The notes beneath the pieces are model-generated. The model worked only from the letters and a program-made list of their open reading frames with translations. It was not told the origin of the DNA and ran no database searches. A stretch of DNA of 64,000 nt from Eledone cirrhosa (taxonomy: Eukaryota). A program made the translations under genes and the position numbers. This document shows positions 23,960 through 38,500 of the stretch, one piece after another (within the stretch, counting starts at the first letter, position 1; every line of letters starts with the position of its first letter). The stretch is taken from NCBI GenBank assembly GCA_964016885.1, contig OZ024740.1, forward strand, positions 419,678,001-419,742,000, written 5' to 3'.

Positions 23960-24132
23960 GTGAATTGGCAGTATCAGTAGAGGGTTGGACACCATGCTTT
24001 CTAGCATAGTTACGTCCCTTTACGGTCTGGGTTCAAATCCTGCCGAGGTTAACTTTGCCTTTCATCCTTACGGGGTCGATAAAATAAAGTACCTGTAATG
24101 TAGCTAGCTTTGTGCCTAAAGTAGAAACAATT
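23960..24132 (+). mobile_element. tRNA-derived SINE (a further 5' fragment lies at 23643-23745)
   Basis: GAATTGGCAGTATCAGTAGAGGG...GGTTCAAATCC...TTTCATCCTTACGGGGTCGATAAAATAAAGTACC...GTAGAAAC. Confidence 0.8.
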
Positions 24133-24436
24133 ATTTCATTATCATATCCTATCTGTTCTCCTTGTTAGTTTGGGTTAAAGAGGTTGTCACAAACCAAGTC
24201 AGTCAGTACTAAAACGGAGCTAATCTGACAGACCAAGGACCTGCATCTCATTTACATTTGTTCTGGCATGCTACTATGTGCTGAGATGGGCTGGGGGAAG
24301 GGGGTTTGCACCATTCTTACATTACCTTTGCTTTACCAAATGCATTTTATTATGGGACCAGCATAAGGCTGGTTTCTATGTCTTTGACACAGCTGAAGAG
24401 TTCTCTCGGCCTTCTGTTTGGCGTACCACTGGGGTT

Positions 24437-25677
24437 GATTTACTCTATATACACTATTGTATTTTCGCAGTAAAGGCTTTACCTCAAATAATATCAAATG
24501 TATGAGATTTTGATATGTATTTTGAGAACAATAGCTTAACATCAGTATGAGTGGCTGGTTATAGTCAGTTTGAACAGAAAGAAGTGAAAGAATTCTGGCT
24601 GGTTACAGCCGGTTTGAACAGAAAGAGGTGAGGGAATTCTGGCTGGTTACAGCCGGTTTGAACAGAAAGAGGTGAGGGAATTATGATAATGAGAATGAAA
24701 TTATTGTGTACAGTGCTCAGGTGCACTACAACTCATCAAAGGTGCATGTGTAGTACATAGAATAATGTACAAATGTCAGGAAAATGAACAGTGTATGAGT
24801 CATGATATACACACAGACACACACATGCATGTGTGTGTATGGAGGGGGGATACCAGGTATAGTGTTGGCAAATTTCAGGAAGCATGGAGGTTTTAAAGGA
24901 TGCAGTGTCTCGACAGCTAACAACTGGTGCAGGGAGTTTGTTCCATGGAGGTTTTAAAGGATGCAGTGTCCCGACAGCTAACAACTGATGCAGGGAGTTT
25001 GTTCCATGGAGGTTTTAAAGGATGCAGTGTCCCGACAGCTAACAACTGATGAAGGTGGTTTGTTCCATGGAGGTTTTAAAGGATGTAGTGTCTCGACAGC
25101 TAACAACTGATGCAGGTAGTTTGTTCCATGGAGGTTTTAAAGGATGCAGTGTCACGACAGCTAACAACTGATGCAGGGAGTTTGTTCCATGGAGGTTTTA
25201 AAGGATGCAGTGTCCCGACAGCTAACAACTGATGAAGGTAGTTTGTTCCATGGAGGTTTTAAAGGATGTAGTGTCTCGACAGCTAACAACTGATGCAGGT
25301 AGTTTGTTCCAGGGAGGTTTTAAAGGATGCAGTGTCACGACAGCTAACAACTGATGCAGGGAGTTTGTTCCATGGAGGTTTTAAAGGATGCAGTGTCTCG
25401 ACAGCTAACAACTGATGCAGGTAGTTTGTTCCATGGAGGTTTTAAAGGATGCAGTGTCACGACAGCTAACAACTGATGCAGGGAGTTTGTTCCATGGAGG
25501 TTTTAAAGGATGCAGTGTCTTGACAGCTAACAACTGATGCAGGTAGTTTGTTCCATGGAGGTTTTAAAGGATGCAGTGTCTCGACAGCTAACAACTGATA
25601 CAGGGAGTTTGTTCCATGCTTCAGCAACTCTGAACATGAAAAAATGGTCAGATTCGACCAGTTTAAATGCTGAAGGG
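24437..25677. mobile_element. piggyBac-type MITE interrupted by a CR1-like fragment
   Basis: MITE body 24437-24682, including a 44-bp unit about 3 times (24552-24682), resumes at 25645 and ends TAAATGCTGAAGGG|TTAA. Confidence 0.65.
24700..25644 (-). mobile_element. 5'-truncated CR1-like LINE with 12 x 61-bp tandem amplification of its ORF2 end
   Basis: Minus strand reads FFMFRVAEAWNKLPVSVVSCRDTASFKTSMLPEICQHYT (CR1/L2 FFxxRVxxxWNxLP...SFK motif). The unit CATGGAGGTTTTAAAGGATGCAGTGTCHCGACAGCTAACAACTGATGCAGGKAGTTTGTTC spans 24883-25614. Confidence 0.85.
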
Positions 25678-25857
25678 TTAATAAACTTTCTCTTCCCCAA
25701 GAAATTGTTACCCTTACCCCTAAATCAGAAACCCTTATTTCCAGCCTAGAATTACAAAGATCTTTACATGTCTATCATGTTTATTACCTAATTAACTTCA
25801 TGACTTACTCACTGTATTGTGACACATGTGTAACAAGGGATGCTATTTGATCTGTCT

Positions 25858-26340
25858 ATATTCTATCCCCCTACCACCCACCTCCCCCCCATTCTACATC
25901 ACCTCTACCATCCCCCCATTTTACATCCCTTCTACCCCCACCCCCTTATTCTACATCAGCTCTACCATCCGTCCTTATATTACATCTCCTCTACCATCAC
26001 ACACACCCTTATTCTACATCCCCCTACCATCACCTCTAACCCCCGCTCTTATTCTACATCACCGCTACCATCCGTCCTTATATTACATCACCTCTACGCT
26101 CCCCATTTTACATCTCCTCTACCATCACACACACCCTTATTCTACACCTCCCCCTATTCTACATCACCGCTACCATCACCTCTACCCCCACCTCTACCAT
26201 CACCTCTACCACCCCCTTATTCTACATCACCTCTACCACCCCCTTATTCTACATCACCTGTACCATCGCCCCTTATTCTACATCACATCTACCCTACCAT
26301 CCCCCCTTATTTTACATCTCTACCATCCCCCCTTATTTCA
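25858..26340. repeat. Degenerate ~29-bp C-rich minisatellite
   Basis: Recurrent CTTATTCTACATCACCTCTACCATCCCC with variable C runs. Confidence 0.8.
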
Positions 26341-26551
26341 ACCTATTTTCTATCACAATGCCTCTATAATGGAACATGTCATTGGATCTGTCCTTATACA
26401 GTTGCCCTTATTGTCACCATTGCTGTTAAATAATATTCTCTCTTCCCCATCTAACTCCTAGTTACCTGAGAAGAGAGAGCTCTGTTTTAGTACTGATTCA
26501 GTCTGTGAAGACCTGTTCAATCCTAGCAGGGAAAGTAGACATTAAATGATG

Positions 26552-29500
26552 ATTACATGACATCTACCAGCCCCATTAACCTTCCTCACCTATCTTTATT
26601 ACATGACATCTACCACCCCCATTAACCTTTCTCACCTATCTTTATTACATGACATCTACCAGCCCCATTAACCTTCCTCACCTATCTCTATTACATGACA
26701 TCTACCAGCCCCATTAACCTTCCTCACCTATCTCTATTACATGACATCTACCAGCCCCATTAACCTTTCTCACCTATCTCTATTACATGACATCTACCAG
26801 CCCCATTAACCTTCCTCACCTATCTCTATTACATGACATCTACCAGCCCCATTAACCTTTCTCACCTATCTTTATTACATGACATCTACCAGCCCCATTA
26901 ACCTTTCTCACCTATCTTTATTACATGACATCTACCAACCCCATTAACCTTTCTCACCTATCTCTATTACATGACATCTACCAGCCCCATTAACCTTTCT
27001 CACCTATCTCTATTACATGACATCTACCAGCCCCATTAACCTTTCTCACCTATCTCTATTACATGACATCTACCAGCCCCATTAACCTTCCTCACCTATC
27101 TTTATTACATGACATCTACCAGCCCCATTAACCTTCCTCACCTATCTCTATTACATGACATCTACCAGCCCCATTAACCTTCCTCACCTATCTCTATTAT
27201 ATGACATCTACCAGCCCCATTAACCTTTCTCACCTATCTCTATTACATGATATCTACCAGCCCCATTAACCTTTCTCACCTATCTCTATTACATGACATC
27301 TACCAGCCCCATTAACCTTCCTCACCTATCTCTATTACATGACATCTACCAGCCCCATTAACCTTTCTCACCTATCTTTATTACATGACATCTACCAGCC
27401 CCATTAACCTTCCTCACCTATCTCTATTACATGACATCTACCAGCCCCATTAACCTTCCTCACCTATCTCTATTACATGACATCTACCAGCCCCATTAAC
27501 CTTCCTCACCTATCTCTATTACATTGACATCTACCTGCCCCATTAACCTTTCTCACCTATCTCTATTACATGACATCTACCAGCCCCATTAACCTTCCTC
27601 ACCTATCTCTATTACATGACACCTACCAGCCCCATTAACCTTCCTCACCTATCTCTATTACATGACATCTACCAGCCCCATTAACCTTTCTTACCTATCT
27701 CTATTACATGACATCTACCAGCCCCATTAACCTTTCTCACCTATCTTTATTACATGACATCTACCAGCCCCATTAACCTTCCTCACCTATCTCTATTACA
27801 TGACATCTACCAGCCCCATTAACCTTTCTCACCTATCTCTATTACATGACATCTACCAGCCCCATTAACCTTTCTCACCTATCTCTATTACATGACATCT
27901 ACCAGCCCCATTAACCTTCCTCACCTATCTCTATTACATGACATCTACCAGCCCCATTAACCTTCCTCACCTATCTCTATTACATGACATCTACCAGCCC
28001 CATTAACCTTCCTCACCTATCTCTATTACATGACATCTACCAGCCCCATTAACCTTCCTCACCTATCTCTATTACATGACATCTACCAGCCCCATTAACC
28101 TTCCTCACCTATCTCTATTACATGACATCTACCAGCCCCATTAACCTTTCTCACCTATCTCTATTACATGACATCTACCAGCCCCATTAACCTTTCTCAC
28201 CTATCTCTATTACATGACATCTACCAGCCCCATTAACCTTTCTGACCTATCTCTATTACATGACATCTACCAGCCCCATTAACCTTCCTCACCTATCTCT
28301 ATTACATGACATCTAGCAGCCCCATTAACCTTCCTCACCTATCTTTATTACATGACATCTACCAGCCCCATTAACCTTCCTCACCTATCTCTATTACATG
28401 ACATCTATCAGCCCCATTAACCTTCCTCACCTATCTCTATTACATGACATCTACCAGCCCCATTAACCTTTCTGACCTATCTCTATTACATGACATCTAC
28501 CAGCCCCATTAACCTTCCTCACCTATCTCTATTACATGACATCTAGCAGCCCCATTAACCTTCCTCACCTATCTTTATTACATGACATCTACCATCCCCA
28601 TTAACCTTTCTCACCTATCTCTATTACATGACATCTACCAGCCCCATTAACCTTTCTCACCTATCTTTATTACATGTGATCTACCACCCCCATTAACCTT
28701 CCTCACCTATCTCTATTACATGACATCTACCAGCTCCATTAACCTTCCTCACCTATCTCTATTACATGACATCTACCAGCCCCATTAACCTTCCTCACCT
28801 ATCTCTATTACATGACATCTACCAGCCCCATTAACCTTTGTCACCTATCTCTATTACATGACATCTACCAGCCCCATTAACCTTCCTCACCTATCTATAT
28901 TACATGACATCTACCAGCCCCATTAACCTATTTCACCTATCTCTATTAAATGACATCTACCAGCCCCATTAACCTTTCTTAGCTATCTTTATTACATGAC
29001 ATCTACCAGCCCCATTAACCTTTCTCACCTATCTCTATTACATGACATCTACCAGCCCCATTAACCTTCCTCACCTATCTTTATTACATGACATCTACCA
29101 GCCCCATTAACCTTCCTCACCTATCTCTATTACATGACATCTATCAGCCCCATTAACCTTCCTCACCTATCTCTATTACATGACATCTACCAGCCCCATT
29201 AACCTTTCTGACCTATCTCTATTACATGACATCTACCAGCCCCATTAACCTTCCTCACCTATCTCTATTACATGACATCTAGCAGCCCCATTAACCTTCC
29301 TCACCTATCTTTATTACATGACATCTACCATCCCCATTAACCTTTCTCACCTATCTCTATTACATGACATCTACCAGCCCCATTAACCTTTCTCACCTAT
29401 CTTAATTACATGACATCTACCAGCCCCATTAACCTTTCTCACCTAACTTTATTACATGACATCTACCAGCCCCATTAACCTTTCTCACCTATCTTTATTA

Positions 29501-32500
29501 CATGACATCTACCAGCCCCATTAACCTTTCTCACCTATCTCTATTACATGACATCTACCAGCCCCATTAACCTTTCTCACCTATCTTTATTACATGACAT
29601 CTACCAGCCCCATTAACCTTCCTCACCTATCTCTATTACATGACATCTACCAGCCCCATTAACCTTTCTCACCTATCTCCATTACATGACATCTACCATC
29701 CCCATTAACCTTTCTCACCTATCTTTATTACATGACATCTACCAGCCCCATTAACCTTTCTCACCTATCTCTATTACATGACATCTACCACCCCCATTAA
29801 CCTTCCTCACCTATCTCTATTACATGACATCTACCAGCCCCATTAACCTTTCTCACCTATCTCTATTACATGACATCTACCACCCCCATTAACCTTCCTC
29901 ACCTATCTCTATTACTTGACATCTACCAGCCCCATTAACCTTTCTCACCTATCTTTATTACATGACATCTACCAGCCCCATTAACCTTCCTCACCTATCT
30001 CTATTACATGACATCTACCAGCCCCATTAACCTTTCTCACCTATCTCTATTACATGACATCTACCAGCCCCATTAACCTTCCTCACCTATCTATATTACA
30101 TGACATCTACCAGCCCCATTAACCTTTCTCACCTATCTCTATTACATGACATCTACCAGCCCCATTAACCTTCCTCACCTATCTTTATTACATGACATCT
30201 ACCAGCCCCATTAACCTTCCTCACCTATCTCTATTACATGACATCTACCAGCCCCATTAACCTTCCTCACCTATCTCTATTACATGACATCTACCAGCCC
30301 CATTAACCTTTCTGACCTATCTCTATTACATGACATCTACCAGCCCCATTAACCTTCCTCACCTATCTCTATTACATGACATCTAGCAGCCCCATTAACC
30401 TTCCTCACCTATCTTTATTACATGACATCTACCATCCCCATTAACCTTTCTCACCTATCTCTATTACATGACATCTACCAGCCCCATTAACCTTTCTCAC
30501 CTATCTTAATTACATGACATCTACCAGCCCCATTAACCTTTCTCACCTAACTTTATTACATGACATCTACCAGCCCCATTAACCTTTCTCACCTATCTTT
30601 ATTACATGACATCTACCAGCCCCATTAACCTTTCTCACCTATCTCTATTACATGACATCTACCAGCCCCATTAACCTTTCTCACCTATCTTTATTACATG
30701 ACATCTACCAGCCCCATTAACCTTCCTCACCTATCTCTATTACATGACATCTACCAGCCCCATTAACCTTTCTCACCTATCTCTATTACATGACATCTAC
30801 CATCCCCATTAACCTTTCTCACCTATCTTTATTACATGACATCTACCAGCCCCATTAACCTTTCTCACCTATCTTTATTACATGACATCTACCAGCCCCA
30901 TTAACCTTTCTCACCTATCTTTATTACATGACATCTACCAGCCCCATTAACCTTCCTCACCTATCTCTATTACATGACATCTACCACCCCCATTAACCTT
31001 CCTCACCTATCTCTATTACATGACATCTACCAGCCCCATTAACCTTCCTCACCTATCTTTATTACATGACATCTACCAGCCCCATTAACCTACCTCACCT
31101 ATCTCTATTACATGACATCTACCACCCCCATTAACCTTCCTCACCTATCTCTATTACATGACATCTACCAGACCCATTAACCTTCCTCACCTATCTCTAT
31201 TACATGACATCTACCAGCCCCATTAACCTTTCTCACCTATCTCTATTACATGACATCTACCAGCCCCATTAACCTTCCTCACCTATCTATATTACATGAC
31301 ATCTACCAGCCCCAGTAACCTTCCTCACCTATCTCTATTAAATGACATCTACCAGCCCCATTAACCTTTCTCACCTATCTCTATTACATGACATCTACCA
31401 GCCCCATTAACCTTTCTTACCTATCTCTATTACATGACATCTACCAGCCCCATTAACCTTCCTCACCTATCTCTATTACATGACATCTACCAGCCCCATT
31501 AACCTTTCTCACCTATCTTTATTACATGACATCTACCAGCCCCATTAACCTTCCTCACCTATCTCTATTACATGACATCTACCAGCCCCATTAACCTTTC
31601 TCACCTATCTTTATTACATGACATCTACCAGCCCCATTAACCTTCCTCACCTATCTCTATTACATGACATCTACCAGCCCCATTAACCTTTCTCACCTAT
31701 CTCTATTACATGACATCTACCAGCCCCATTAACCTTTCTCACCTATCTTTATTACATGACATCTACCAGCCCCATTAACCTTTCTCACCTATCTCTATTA
31801 CATGACATCTACCACCCCCATTAACCTTCCTCACCTATCTCTATTACATGACATCTACCAGCCCCATTAACCTTTCTCACCTATCTCTATTACATGACAT
31901 CTACCACCCCCATTAACCTTCCTCACCTATCTCTATTACTTGACATCTACCAGCCCCATTAACCTTTCTCACCTATCTTTATTACATGACATCTACCAGC
32001 CCCATTAACCTTCCTCACCTATCTCTATTACATGACATCTACCAGCCCCATTAACCTTTCTCACCTATCTCTATTACATGACATCTACCAGCCCCATTAA
32101 CCTTCCTCACCTATCTATATTACATGACATCTACCAGCCCCATTAACCTACCTCACCTATCTCTATTACATGACATCTACCAGCCCCATTAACCTTTCTC
32201 ACCTATCTTTATTACATGACATCTACCAGCCCCATTAACCTTTCTCACCTATCTCTATTACATGACATCTACCAGCCCCATTAACCTTCCTCACCTATCT
32301 TTATTACATGACATCTACCAGCCCCATTAACCTTCCTCACCTATCTCTATTACATGACATCTACCAGACCCATTAACCTTCCTCACCTATCTCTATTACA
32401 TGACATCTACCAGCCCCATTAACCTTCCTCACCTATCTATATTACATGACATCTACCAGCCCCAGTAACCTTCCTCACCTATCTCTATTAAATGACATCT

Positions 32501-35500
32501 ACCAGCCCCATTAACCTTTCTCACCTATCTCTATTACATGACATCTACCAGCCCCATTAACCTTTCTCACCTATCTCTATTACATGACATCTACCACCCC
32601 CATTAACCTTCCTCACCTATCTCTATTACATGACATCTACCAGCCCCATTAACCTTCATCACCTATCTCTATTACATGTCATCTACCATCCCCATTAACC
32701 TTTCTCACCTATCTCTATTACATGACATCTACCAGCCCCATTAACCTTCCTCACCTATCTCTATTACATGACATCTACCAGCCCCATTAACCTTTCTGAC
32801 CTATCTCTATTACATGACATCTACCAGCCCCATTAACCTTCCTCACCTATCTCTATTACATGACATCTACCATCCCCATTAACCTTTCTTACCTATCTCT
32901 ATTAAATGACATCTACCAGCCCCATTAACCTTCCTCACCTATCTCTATTACATAACATCTACCAGCCCCATTAACCTTTCTCACCTATCTCTATTACATG
33001 ACATCTACCAGCCCCATTAACCTTTCTCACCTATCTTTATTACATGTGATCTACCACCCCCATTAACCTTCCTCACCTATCTCTATTACATGACATCTAC
33101 CAGCTCCATTAACCTTCCTCACCTATCTCTATTACATGACATCTACCAGCCCCATTAACCTTCCTCACCTATCTCTATTACATGACATCTACCAGCCCCA
33201 TTAACCTTTCTCACCTATCTCTATTACATGACATCTACCAGCCCCATTAACCTTCCTCACCTATCTATATTACATGACATCTACCAGCCCCATTAACCTA
33301 TTTCACCTATCTCTATTAAATGACATCTACCAGCCCCATTAACCTTTCTTAGCTATCTTTATTACATGACATCTACCAGCCCCATTAACCTTCCTCACCT
33401 ATCTCTATTACATAACATCTACCAGCCCCATTAACCTTCCTCACCTATCTTTATTACATGACATCTACCAGCCCCATTAACCTTCCTCACCTATCTCTAT
33501 TACATGACATCTACCAGCCCCATTAACCTTCCTCACCTATCTCTATTACATGACATCTAGCAGCCCCATTAACCTTCCTCACCTATCTTTATTACATGAC
33601 ATCTACCATCCCCATTAACCTTTCTCACCTATCTCTATTACATGACATCTACCAGCCCCATTAACCTTTCTCACCTATCTTAATTACATGACATCTACCA
33701 GCCCCATTAACCTTTCTCACCTAACTTTATTACATGACATCTACCAGCCCCATTAACCTTTCTCACCTATCTTTATTACATGACATCTACCAGCCCCATT
33801 AACCTTTCTCACCTATCTCTATTACATGACATCTACCAGCCCCATTAACCTTTCTCACCTATCTTTATTACATGACATCTACCAGCCCCATTAACCTTCC
33901 TCACCTATCTCTATTACATGACATCTACCAGCCCCATTAACCTTTCTCACCTATCTCTATTACATGACATCTACCATCCCCATTAACCTTTCTCACCTAT
34001 CTTTATTACATGACATCTACCAGCCCCATTAACCTTTCTCACCTATCTTTATTACATGACATCTACCAGCCCCATTAACCTTTCTCACCTATCTTTATTA
34101 CATGACATCTACCAGCCCCATTAACCTTCCTCACCTATCTCTATTACATGACATCTACCACCCCCATTAACCTTCCTCACCTATCTCTATTACATGACAT
34201 CTACCAGCCCCATTAACCTTTCTCACCTATCTCTATTACATGACATCTACCACCCCCATTAACCTTCCTCACCTATCTCTATTACTTGACATCTACCAGC
34301 CCCATTAACCTTTCTCACCTATCTTTATTACATGACATCTACCAGCCCCATTAACCTTCCTCACCTATCTATATTACATGACATCTACCAGCCCCATTAA
34401 CCTACCTCACCTATCTCTATTACATGACATCTACCAGCCCCATTAACCTTTCTCACCTATCTCTATTACATGACATCTACCAGCCCCATTAACCTTTCTC
34501 ACCTATCTCTATTACATGACATCTACCAGCCCCATTAACCTTCCTCACCTATCTATATTACATGACATCTACCAGCCCCAGTAACCTTCCTCACCTATCT
34601 CTATTAAATGACATCTACCAGCCCCATTAACCTTTCTCACCTATCTCTATTACATGACATCTACCAGCCCCATTAACCTTTCTTACCTATCTCTATTACA
34701 TGACATCTACCAGCCCCATTAACCTTCCTCACCTATCTCTATTACATGACATCTACCACCCCCATTAACCTTCCTCACCTATCTCTATTACATGACATCT
34801 ACCAGCCCCATTAACCTTTCTCACCTATCTCTATTACATGACATCTACCACCCCCATTAACCTTTCTCACCTATCTCTATTACATGACATCTACCAGCCC
34901 CATTAACCTTTCTCACCTATCTCTATTACATGACATCTACCAGCCCCATTAACCTTCCTCACCTATCTATATTACATGACATCTACCAGCCCCAGTAACC
35001 TTCCTCACCTATCTCTATTAAATGACATCTACCAGCCCCATTAACCTTTCTCACCTATCTCTATTACATGACATCTACCAGCCCCATTAACCTTTCTTAC
35101 CTATCTCTATTACATGACATCTACCAGCCCCATTAACCTTCCTCACCTATCTCTATTACATGACATCTACCAGCCCCATTAACCTTTCTCACCTATCTTT
35201 ATTACATGACATCTACCAGCCCCATTAACCTTCCTCACCTATCTCTATTACATGACATCTACCAGCCCCATTAACCTTTCTCACCTATCTTTATTACATG
35301 ACATCTACCAGCCCCATTAACCTTCCTCACCTATCTCTATTACATGACATCTACCAGCCCCATTAACCTTTCTCACCTATCTCTATTACATGACATCTAC
35401 CAGCCCCATTAACCTTTCTCACCTATCTTTATTACATGACATCTACCAGCCCCATTAACCTTTCTCACCTATCTCTATTACATGACATCTACCACCCCCA

Positions 35501-38500
35501 TTAACCTTCCTCACCTATCTCTATTACATGACATCTACCAGCCCCATTAACCTTTCTCACCTATCTCTATTACATGACATCTACCACCCCCATTAACCTT
35601 CCTCACCTATCTCTATTACTTGACATCTACCAGCCCCATTAACCTTTCTCACCTATCTTTATTACATGACATCTACCAGCCCCATTAACCTTCCTCACCT
35701 ATCTCTATTACATGACATCTACCAGCCCCATTAACCTTTCTCACCTATCTCTATTACATGACATCTACCAGCCCCATTAACCTTCCTCACCTATCTATAT
35801 TACATGACATCTACCAGCCCCATTAACCTACCTCACCTATCTCTATTACATGACATCTACCAGCCCCATTAACCTTTCTCACCTATCTTTATTACATGAC
35901 ATCTACCAGCCCCATTAACCTTTCTCACCTATCTCTATTACATGACATCTACCAGCCCCATTAACCTTCCTCACCTATCTTTATTACATGACATCTACCA
36001 GCCCCATTAACCTTCCTCACCTATCTCTATTACATGACATCTACCAGACCCATTAACCTTCCTCACCTATCTCTATTACATGACATCTACCAGCCCCATT
36101 AACCTTCCTCACCTATCTATATTACATGACATCTACCAGCCCCAGTAACCTTCCTCACCTATCTCTATTAAATGACATCTACCAGCCCCATTAACCTTTC
36201 TCACCTATCTCTATTACATGACATCTACCAGCCCCATTAACCTTTCTCACCTATCTCTATTACATGACATCTACCACCCCCATTAACCTTCCTCACCTAT
36301 CTCTATTACATGACATCTACCAGCCCCATTAACCTTCATCACCTATCTCTATTACATGTCATCTACCATCCCCATTAACCTTTCTCACCTATCTCTATTA
36401 CATGACATCTACCAGCCCCATTAACCTTCCTCACCTATCTCTATTACATGACATCTACCAGCCCCATTAACCTTTCTGACCTATCTCTATTACATGACAT
36501 CTACCAGCCCCATTAACCTTCCTCACCTATCTCTATTACATGACATCTACCATCCCCATTAACCTTTCTTACCTATCTCTATTAAATGACATCTACCAGC
36601 CCCATTAACCTTCCTCACCTATCTCTATTACATAACATCTACCAGCCCCATTAACCTTTCTCACCTATCTCTATTACATGACATCTACCAGCCCCATTAA
36701 CCTTTCTCACCTATCTTTATTACATGTGATCTACCACCCCCATTAACCTTCCTCACCTATCTCTATTACATGACATCTACCAGCTCCATTAACCTTCCTC
36801 ACCTATCTCTATTACATGACATCTACCAGCCCCATTAACCTTCCTCACCTATCTCTATTACATGACATCTACCAGCCCCATTAACCTTTCTCACCTATCT
36901 CTATTACATGACATCTACCAGCCCCATTAACCTTCCTCACCTATCTATATTACATGACATCTACCAGCCCCATTAACCTATTTCACCTATCTCTATTAAA
37001 TGACATCTACCAGCCCCATTAACCTTTCTTAGCTATCTTTATTACATGACATCTACCAGCCCCATTAACCTTCCTCACCTATCTCTATTACATAACATCT
37101 ACCAGCCCCATTAACCTTCCTCACCTATCTTTATTACATGACATCTACCAGCCCCATTAACCTTCCTCACCTATCTCTATTACATGACATCTACCAGCCC
37201 CATTAACCTTCCTCACCTATCTCTATTACATGACATCTAGCAGCCCCATTAACCTTCCTCACCTATCTTTATTACATGACATCTACCATCCCCATTAACC
37301 TTTCTCACCTATCTCTATTACATGACATCTACCAGCCCCATTAACCTTTCTCACCTATCTTAATTACATGACATCTACCAGCCCCATTAACCTTTCTCAC
37401 CTAACTTTATTACATGACATCTACCAGCCCCATTAACCTTTCTCACCTATCTTTATTACATGACATCTACCAGCCCCATTAACCTTTCTCACCTATCTCT
37501 ATTACATGACATCTACCAGCCCCATTAACCTTTCTCACCTATCTTAATTACATGACATCTACCAGCCCCATTAACCTTCCTCACCTATCTCTATTACATG
37601 ACATCTACCAGCCCCATTAACCTTTCTCACCTATCTCTATTACATGACATCTACCATCCCCATTAACCTTTCTCACCTATCTTTATTACATGACATCTAC
37701 CAGCCCCATTAACCTTTCTCACCTATCTTTATTACATGACATCTACCAGCCCCATTAACCTTTCTCACCTATCTTTATTACATGACATCTACCAGCCCCA
37801 TTAACCTTCCTCACCTATCTCTATTACATGACATCTACCACCCCCATTAACCTTCCTCACCTATCTCTATTACATGACATCTACCAGCCCCATTAACCTT
37901 TCTCACCTATCTCTATTACATGACATCTACCACCCCCATTAACCTTCCTCACCTATCTCTATTACTTGACATCTACCAGCCCCATTAACCTTTCTCACCT
38001 ATCTTTATTACATGACATCTACCAGCCCCATTAACCTTCCTCACCTATCTATATTACATGACATCTACCAGCCCCATTAACCTACCTCACCTATCTCTAT
38101 TACATGACATCTACCAGCCCCATTAACCTTTCTCACCTATCTCTATTACATGACATCTACCAGCCCCATTAACCTTTCTCACCTATCTCTATTACATGAC
38201 ATCTACCAGCCCCATTAACCTTCCTCACCTATCTATATTACATGACATCTACCAGCCCCAGTAACCTTCCTCACCTATCTCTATTAAATGACATCTACCA
38301 GCCCCATTAACCTTTCTCACCTATCTCTATTACATGACATCTACCAGCCCCATTAACCTTTCTTACCTATCTCTATTACATGACATCTACCAGCCCCATT
38401 AACCTTCCTCACCTATCTCTATTACATGACATCTACCACCCCCATTAACCTTCCTCACCTATCTCTATTACATGACATCTACCAGCCCCATTAACCTTTC

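Noticed and set aside
25826-26461. Pro/His/Ser-rich extensin-like ORFs
   Set aside because: Product of a degenerate C-rich minisatellite; overlapping frames are open and there is no splice or homology support.
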